Source: Spirochaetaceae bacterium (GTDB lineage Bacteria > Spirochaetota > Spirochaetia > DSM-2461). From it: a DNA stretch of 64,000 nucleotides. The position numbers and the translations under genes were made by a program. How positions within the stretch are numbered: the first letter of the stretch is position 1; each line of letters opens with the position of its first letter. Where the stretch lies: contig OZ245056.1 of assembly GCA_965224705.1 (NCBI GenBank), positions 1,280,001 to 1,344,000 of the forward strand, given 5' to 3'. Under the pieces are notes generated by a model. That model worked only from the letters and a program-made list of their open reading frames with translations. It made no database searches and was not told where the DNA came from. This document shows positions 61,554-64,000 of the stretch, one piece after another.

Positions 61554-61839
61554 GAGCCTGTCGGACTTACGCCTCACGGCTCGATTTTTGCCCTTCTCTC
61601 CAGAAGCAAGCCTCCTGCTTGCTTCTGGAGAGCCGCCTTCGTTCGTTTTCGCCGCCATCCGTGGCGGCTTTTCCTCGCTATCGCTCGGCACTCTCTCAGG
61701 ATGCGAGTCCATAGACTCGCATCCCCTGCTGCTGCGTTGCCAAAATACTCACGTAGCCCAGCTACGCTCCGTTTTTGTCGCCTTGCATCAGGAAAAAATC
61801 ATCAAAAAGCGCCTCAAAGTCTTAAAGTCCGACAGACTC
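61554..61839 (+). mobile_element. Family A MITE, composite A2+A1 core (286 bp), CAAG duplication
   Basis: CAAG|GAGCCTGTCGGACTT...core A2, junction hairpin, core A1...AAGTCCGACAGACTC|CAAG. Confidence 0.9.
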
Positions 61840-61922
61840 CAAGGCTCCAGGCCAACCCTATATTTTCTTTCCTCCTCGTCCGGGAAAGGCAGGCCCCGGA
61901 TGATAACTGCTTCGGCAGGACC

Positions 61923-64000
61923 TTATCTCCCAGACTCATACGCCAGGAAAGAACCAAGCCATGTTTCGGCCTCGGATTGAGTCATATTCCTGCGGACGGC
62001 ATAATCTGACACCTGTTCTTCGGTCAGCCTTCCCACACTGAAATACTCAATACCCGGTCGACCAAAAAGATAGGCGCACACCGAGGGGGGGGGAGTCATC
62101 ATGGAGCTTTCTGTCAGTCTTACCCCGATGGATTTCTCGACATCAAGTAGTTTGAATATATCTCTTTTGATTGTATGATCCGGACATGGGGGATAGCCGG
62201 GGGCAGGACGGATGCCATCATAGGCACCTGAAAGTATCCGCTGCGGATCATTGTCTTCATCCGGTGAATAGCCCCAGAGATCAACTCGAATATGGTGATG
62301 AAGCCATTCCGCCACCGCTTCACCAATGCGGTCCGCCAGAGTCTTAATCAGAAAGGATCCATAATCATCCCTGGCGGCTTTCCGGGCAGCCAGAGCTTCC
62401 TCTTCGCCGATACCTCCAGTTGCAACAAAAAGTCCCACCCAATCCCTGACACCGCTTCCCTCCGGGGCAACCCAGTCGGCCTGCGAAAGATAGTACTTCG
62501 TCTCCTTCTTTAAACCGGTTTGCCGCATCTGCGGCAGTGTCAAGACCGGCTGCTCATCGTCATGCTTCCGGTAAATTCGAATGTCATCCCCTCTGGACTG
62601 GGCAGGGAATATACCGGCCACAGCCGCCGCTTCAAGCAGGTTTCCAACCTGAATCCTATCCAGCCAGCTTCTGGCATCATTCATCAAGCGGCGAGCTTCC
62701 ATCCCCTTCTCAGGATGATCCAGGATGGCAGGATACTTCCCATCAATCTCCCATGCCCTGAAGAAAAAACTCCAGTCAATCAGGGGAATCACTTCGCTGA
62801 GAGGGATGTTTCTAAACGATTTCACACCTGTAAAACGAGGTTCAGGCAACTGGTTTTCCAGGATCCAGCCGCCCGGCGGCTGCCATGGCTTTGTTCTCAC
62901 CTCCTCCAGAGTAAGATGAATCCTTTCAGCAATTCTATCCGTTTTTTCCAGACGGACTTCTTCCTGCCTTTTTTTCAGGCGGGCAATGTACTCCGGGAGG
63001 GATCTGGAATCGGTCAAAGCGTTCACCACCGTTGGTGCCAGAGAGGCATCTTTAATATGAACGACAACCCCTGAGTAAGCAGGCGCTATTTTCAGGGCTG
63101 TATGAACCTCACTGGTGGTTGCTCCCCCAATGAGCAGAGGCTTCTTCCAACCGCGATCCTCCATGGCCTTTGCCACTCGAACCATTTCATCCAGACTTGG
63201 GGTAATAAGACCGGACAGTCCGATAATGTCGGCCGAGATATTATCGGCATGATCAAGTAAGTCTTCGACAGGAACCATGACACCCATGTCGATGGTTTCA
63301 TAACCATTGCACTGAAGAACAACCGCTACAATGTTCTTTCCAATGTCATGGACATCCCCCTTAACCGTTGCCAGAAGAATGCATCCCCGTGATTTGCTGC
63401 TGTTTTTACTGGCTTCAAGACTGGGCTGGAGTACACCCACCGCCCTTTTCATCACCCGGGCACTTTTTACAACCTGGGGCAGAAACATTTTCCCCGATCC
63501 AAAGAGTTCTCCCACCTTATTCATACCATCCATAAGGGGGCCCTCAATAACGCTCAAAGGATCTCCCATGGAAATTCGCGCATCTTCCACATCCTCGGCA
63601 ATCCATCCGGTAATTCCTTTTACCAGGGCATGCGTCAGTCGGCTCTCAACAACTTCCTCCCGCCAGGCAAGGTTTTCAACAGAGGGTTTTCCCTCTCCGG
63701 TAAAGGATTCGGCAATGTCCAGAAGCCGATCCCCGGCATCTTCCCGTCGAGCCAGAATCACATCCTCAACTCTTTCCCTCAGTTCACTGTCAATCTCATC
63801 GTAAATTTCCAACTGGCCGGCATTGACTATTCCCATCGTCAATCCGGCAGCAATTCCATGGTAGAGGAAAACCGAATGCATGGCTTCCCGGATGACACTA
63901 TTGCCCCGGAAGGAAAATGAAACATTGCTGATACCGCCGGAAAAGCACACCCCCGGCAATTCCTTTTTTAGAAATCTCACAGCCTCAATATAATCTCTGG
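61923..64000 (-). CDS. metH: Cobalamin-dependent methionine synthase, 3' part (runs off window end)
   Basis: [61 protein letters not shown]. Frame open to the window edge. Confidence 0.97.
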   Translation of the reverse strand, partial: RDYIEAVRFLKKELPGVCFSGGISNVSFSFRGNSVIREAMHSVFLYHGIAAGLTMGIVNAGQLEIYDEIDSELRERVEDVILARREDAGDRLLDIAESFTGEGKPSVENLAWREEVVESRLTHALVKGITGWIAEDVEDARISMGDPLSVIEGPLMDGMNKVGELFGSGKMFLPQVVKSARVMKRAVGVLQPSLEASKNSSKSRGCILLATVKGDVHDIGKNIVAVVLQCNGYETIDMGVMVPVEDLLDHADNISADIIGLSGLITPSLDEMVRVAKAMEDRGWKKPLLIGGATTSEVHTALKIAPAYSGVVVHIKDASLAPTVVNALTDSRSLPEYIARLKKRQEEVRLEKTDRIAERIHLTLEEVRTKPWQPPGGWILENQLPEPRFTGVKSFRNIPLSEVIPLIDWSFFFRAWEIDGKYPAILDHPEKGMEARRLMNDARSWLDRIQVGNLLEAAAVAGIFPAQSRGDDIRIYRKHDDEQPVLTLPQMRQTGLKKETKYYLSQADWVAPEGSGVRDWVGLFVATGGIGEEEALAARKAARDDYGSFLIKTLADRIGEAVAEWLHHHIRVDLWGYSPDEDNDPQRILSGAYDGIRPAPGYPPCPDHTIKRDIFKLLDVEKSIGVRLTESSMMTPPPSVCAYLFGRPGIEYFSVGRLTEEQVSDYAVRRNMTQSEAETWLGSFLAYESGR

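Noticed and set aside
22065..62009. Recurrent ORFs such as LPFFPAAALPKYSRSPATLRF and CRTYASRLDFCPFSLLLRCQ
   Set aside because: They are translations of family A MITE copies in various frames, not genes.

Overview
This is the replication-origin region of a bacterial chromosome, most likely a free-living or host-associated spirochaete (Spirochaetales-like). That assignment is inferred from divergent gyrB/dnaA, a type II IleRS and several lipoproteins. The core backbone is gyrA-gyrB <> dnaA, then an oriC with DnaA boxes and DnaA-trios, and a perfect parS encoded in the last codons of gyrA. Other backbone genes: an RND efflux operon, malQ, a macrodomain protein, tRNA-Ala(CGC), cheR-cheB, a sugar-ABC ATPase, tRNA-Arg(TCT), argH, thrH, a GH3 + sugar ABC operon, a Zn/Mn ABC operon led by a small RHH regulator with a clear operator, pyrG, uvrC, ileS, hisH-hisF and the 3' part of metH. 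Accessory content: (i) at 1261-3874, an intact, translationally coupled ABC-ATPase / PIN nuclease / RNA-ligase operon behind a DNA-methylase remnant, the best candidate here for an undescribed defence or conflict system; (ii) a decaying island at about 39.3-43.7 kb (DUF4160/DUF2442 pair, doubly inactivated PLD nuclease, IS30, transposase fragments); (iii) two families of non-autonomous elements. Family A has 8 copies, a 15-bp TIR GAGTCTGTCGGACTT, CWWG target duplications, swappable hairpin cores and a rod-like fold. Family B has TIR core AGTGTCAGAAAGC and TA duplications. The two families nest inside each other and alter gene ends. No CRISPR array or rRNA was seen. Family assignments come from motifs read by eye, not from database searches.
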